From the IMG/VR virus record IMGVR_UViG_3300025127_000039, positions 1 to 58,760 of that record: a stretch of 58,760 nt of DNA. One strand, written 5' to 3'. The notes beneath the pieces are model-generated. The model was not told the DNA's origin. It searched no databases and saw nothing but the letters and a program-made list of their open reading frames with translations. The DNA is from a virus. Its lineage: Duplodnaviria; Caudoviricetes. Position 1 is the stretch's first letter, and every line of letters begins with the position of its first letter. Positions 56,062 to 58,760 of the stretch are shown here, in pieces. A program made the position numbers and the translations under genes.

Positions 56062-56991
56062 ATGAATGACACACAAGAAAAAAATTTAGAACAAGAAGTC
56101 GTTGAAGAAAACGTAATTGTTGACATTGAAGAATCAGAAAATGAAAAATCTGAAGCTCCTAAAGTTGAGACAAAAGAAGAAGAGCGAACAAATGTTCGTT
56201 CTGAAGAAACAGAAGAAGAATTAGAAAATTATTCTGACAATGTTAAAAAACGCATTAATCAATTAACAGCTAAAAGAAAACAAGCTTTAGAAGAAGCAGA
56301 TGCTGCTTTTAAATATGCAGAAGAGCAAAAAAAGAAAAACGAGGAGTTGCAACAACAACTAAAGCAACTTAATACTGGTTACACTTCAGAGTTTGGAAAT
56401 AGAATAGAGGCACAATCTGCACAAGCAAAAAAACTTTATAAGGAGGCTTTTGATGCTGGAGATGCTGAAAAAATGTCTGAGGCAAGCGATCTCATGGCTA
56501 AACTTGCTATTGAGAACGAAAGACTTAGAATCCAAAAACTTAGAACCGAAACTCAGGGAACTGAAAAAAATGAGGGACAAAATCAAGAAGTCACCCCTCA
56601 AGCGAGGCAGACCCCGCAAAAACAAGACTTAGATCCAAAATTACAAGGTTGGCTTGATAAAAATACATGGTTTGGTCAAGACATGGTTATGACCAGAGGA
56701 GCACAAGCTATTCATGAGCAAGTTGTAAGTGAAGATGGAATTGATCCATCTACAGATGATTATTACAGGGAAATAGATAGACGTATGAGAGTTGAATTTC
56801 CACATAAGTTTCAGAGTGACAGAAAAGTCGCCCAGACTGTCGCACCTGCAAACGGCAAAGCCGTATCAAGTGGGCGGAAAAAGCAAATAGAACTTACCCC
56901 TGGACAAGTTGCATTTGCAAAAAAAATGAGGATACCTTTAGAGCAGTATGCAAAAGAGGTAGCCAAAATTGAAACCAGAAAAGGAGCCTAA
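56062..56991 (+). CDS. Putative capsid scaffolding protein
   Basis: Acidic N-terminus, long coiled coil, C-terminal LTPGQVAFAKKM...YAK; GGAG SD; upstream of the capsid genes. Confidence 0.7.
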   Translation: MNDTQEKNLEQEVVEENVIVDIEESENEKSEAPKVETKEEERTNVRSEETEEELENYSDNVKKRINQLTAKRKQALEEADAAFKYAEEQKKKNEELQQQLKQLNTGYTSEFGNRIEAQSAQAKKLYKEAFDAGDAEKMSEASDLMAKLAIENERLRIQKLRTETQGTEKNEGQNQEVTPQARQTPQKQDLDPKLQGWLDKNTWFGQDMVMTRGAQAIHEQVVSEDGIDPSTDDYYREIDRRMRVEFPHKFQSDRKVAQTVAPANGKAVSSGRKKQIELTPGQVAFAKKMRIPLEQYAKEVAKIETRKGA

Positions 56992-56992
56992 T

Positions 56993-57445
56993 ATGGTGGA
57001 TAGAGCTAACCGAGAGTCTGCAACTCGTGAAAAACAGGAAAGAAGAAAAGCTTGGACACCTCCATCACAATTGGATGCTCCGCCAGCACCTATAGGATAT
57101 AAGCATAGGTGGATTAGAGAACGAGTTATGGATTACGATGATAAAGCGAATATCTATAAACGGCAAAGAGAAGGATATGAACTTGTGCGTGCAGAGGACT
57201 ATCCAGACACAGACTTCCCAGTGATTGATGAAGGCAAAAATGCTGGAGTAATTGGTCAAGGAGGACTTTTATTAGCACGGATTCCAGAGGAGATTGTTGA
57301 CGAAAGAAATCAATACTTCATGGATAAAACCAACACCCAGATGGAGGCTGTAGATAGAGACTTGATGAAAGAATCTAATCCTGCAATGCCAATATCTAAA
57401 GAAAGGAAGTCTCAAGTCGCTTTTGGTGGCAAGAGGCAAAGTTAA
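56993..57445 (+). CDS. Head-associated hypothetical protein
   Basis: AAGGAG SD; WTPPSQLDAP, HRWIR, GGLLLARIP motifs. Confidence 0.7.
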   Translation: MVDRANRESATREKQERRKAWTPPSQLDAPPAPIGYKHRWIRERVMDYDDKANIYKRQREGYELVRAEDYPDTDFPVIDEGKNAGVIGQGGLLLARIPEEIVDERNQYFMDKTNTQMEAVDRDLMKESNPAMPISKERKSQVAFGGKRQS

Positions 57446-57470
57446 TAAAATTCTTACTTAGGAGTTAAAA

Positions 57471-58055
57471 ATGGCAAATCAAGATGCTGCTTTTGGCATG
57501 AGACCAGTTAAGATGATAGGGGGAGCTCCCTACACTGGTGGTCAAAGCCGATATAGAATTGCTGCCAATTACGGAACTGCTATCTTTCAGGGCGACATGG
57601 TCGCTCAAGTTACTGGAGGTGGTGTAGAAGTACACGCTGATGGTGGTACAGTGCCAATAGTTGGAGTATTCAATGGTTGTAGATTTACAGATCCTACAAC
57701 TGGAAAAGAAACCTTTTCCAACTTTTATCCTGCAAGCACAAATGCTTCAGACATTGAGGCTTTCATTATAGATGACCCAAATGTTATCTTTGAAATTCAA
57801 TGTAATGCTGCATTTCCGGTTGCAGATTTATTTGGTAACTTTGACATTGTTTATACAAGTGCAGGGTCTACTACAACAGGTATTTCTGGTGCTGAGTTAA
57901 ATGTTAGTGATGGTGCAACCACCGCAACTTTATCATTAAAAGCAATTGATATTTCTCAAGACCCAGAAAATTCAGATGTTTCATCAGATGCAACTAATGT
58001 CTATGTTGTGATTCAAAATCACATATTTGGACAGAAGTCTGCAGGATTAGCGTAA
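57471..58055 (+). CDS. Capsid decoration/cement-like protein
   Basis: 194 aa, AGGAG SD, IFQGD and VGVFNG motifs, directly upstream of the capsid gene. Confidence 0.65.
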   Translation: MANQDAAFGMRPVKMIGGAPYTGGQSRYRIAANYGTAIFQGDMVAQVTGGGVEVHADGGTVPIVGVFNGCRFTDPTTGKETFSNFYPASTNASDIEAFIIDDPNVIFEIQCNAAFPVADLFGNFDIVYTSAGSTTTGISGAELNVSDGATTATLSLKAIDISQDPENSDVSSDATNVYVVIQNHIFGQKSAGLA

Positions 58056-58760
58056 GGGAGGTTGAACTATGGCTATATCACGAGCACAACTAGTTAAAGA
58101 ACTAGAACCTGGTCTTAACGCTTTATTCGGTATGGAATATGATCGTTATGATCAAGAGCATTTAGAAATCTATGAGACAGAGTCATCTGACAGAGCCTTT
58201 GAAGAAGAGGTAATGTTAGCAGGATTTGGAAATGCTGCAACTAAATCAGAGGGTGCTGGAGTAACCTTTGATACTGCAAACGAAGTATATACTTCACGTT
58301 ATACAATGGAAACAATTGCACTAGCTTTTGCATTGACAGAAGAGGCAATGGAAGACAATTTGTATGACCAGCTTGGAGCTAGATATACAAGAGCGTTAGC
58401 AAGATCAATGGCACACACAAAGCAAGTCAAAGCCGCTGCTACATTAAACAATGCGTTTAATTCAAGCTTCACAGGTGGTGATGGCAAAGAACTTTGTGCA
58501 ACAGATCACCCATTAGGTGGTGGTGGTACATTTAGAAATGAACCATCAACTGCAGCAGATCTTAATGAAACATCATTAGAAAATGCTCTTATTGACATTT
58601 CAAACTTTGTTGATGAGAGAAACATGATTGTTGCATTAAGAGGAATGAAACTAATTATTCCACCTGCATTACAGTTTGTTGCAGACAGATTGCTTGAGTC
58701 CACTTTAAGACCTGGATCATCTGATAATGATGTTAACGCAATTAGAAACATGGGTATGTT
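58052..58760. repeat. Terminal direct repeat copy 2
   Basis: About 97% identical to 1-709. Confidence 0.95.
58069..58760 (+). CDS. Major capsid protein, 5' part (second copy, cut by the window end)
   Basis: Same protein sequence as the 18-929 N-terminal part. Confidence 0.9.
   Translation, partial: MAISRAQLVKELEPGLNALFGMEYDRYDQEHLEIYETESSDRAFEEEVMLAGFGNAATKSEGAGVTFDTANEVYTSRYTMETIALAFALTEEAMEDNLYDQLGARYTRALARSMAHTKQVKAAATLNNAFNSSFTGGDGKELCATDHPLGGGGTFRNEPSTAADLNETSLENALIDISNFVDERNMIVALRGMKLIIPPALQFVADRLLESTLRPGSSDNDVNAIRNMGM

Noticed and set aside
58069-58760. Second, paralogous capsid gene
   Set aside because: It is the circular overlap: identical protein sequence and identical upstream SD region
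1-58760. tRNA, rRNA, integrase/att site or IS element
   Set aside because: No cloverleaf, rRNA-like tract, recombinase or transposase motifs recognised by eye; a tRNAscan or HMM run would be needed to exclude them formally

Overview
The window is an apparently complete, circularly assembled genome of a tailed, probably podovirus-like, AT-rich phage. The unit length is 58,051 bp; nt 1-709 recur at 58052-58760 with about 20 synonymous differences. Gene content and style resemble uncultured marine phages of Alphaproteobacteria, but that host assignment is inference. Almost all genes are on the + strand. Gene order: capsid and many small basic proteins; adaptor, tail-fibre and paralogous 'GDLA' modules; nozzle and ejection proteins; lysozyme; an RHH regulator; a replication/recombination block with no DNA polymerase (Sak4-like ATPase, SSB, SF2 helicase, Cas4-like nuclease, TOPRIM primase-helicase); three DNA-modification genes; an iteron region; TerS; a repeat-rich early region; then TerL, portal, holin, GroES and scaffold. 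Four signals stand out. (1) A C5 DNA methyltransferase locus is dual-coded over 1.6 kb, with a nested +1-frame protein that has its own Shine-Dalgarno, seven W/F-x-T-P TRD-like modules and motif IX. (2) Two GC-rich repeat arrays saturated with GCWGC/CCGG sit directly next to an amidoligase operon that lacks those sites but is strongly enriched in GANTC, suggesting a staged-entry or anti-restriction leading end. (3) A TAGG-N9-CCTA operator lies inside about six sigma70-type promoters. (4) A promoter- and terminator-bounded small RNA of about 85 nt carries an anti-Shine-Dalgarno tract. All calls come from reading the sequence by eye; no database searches were run.
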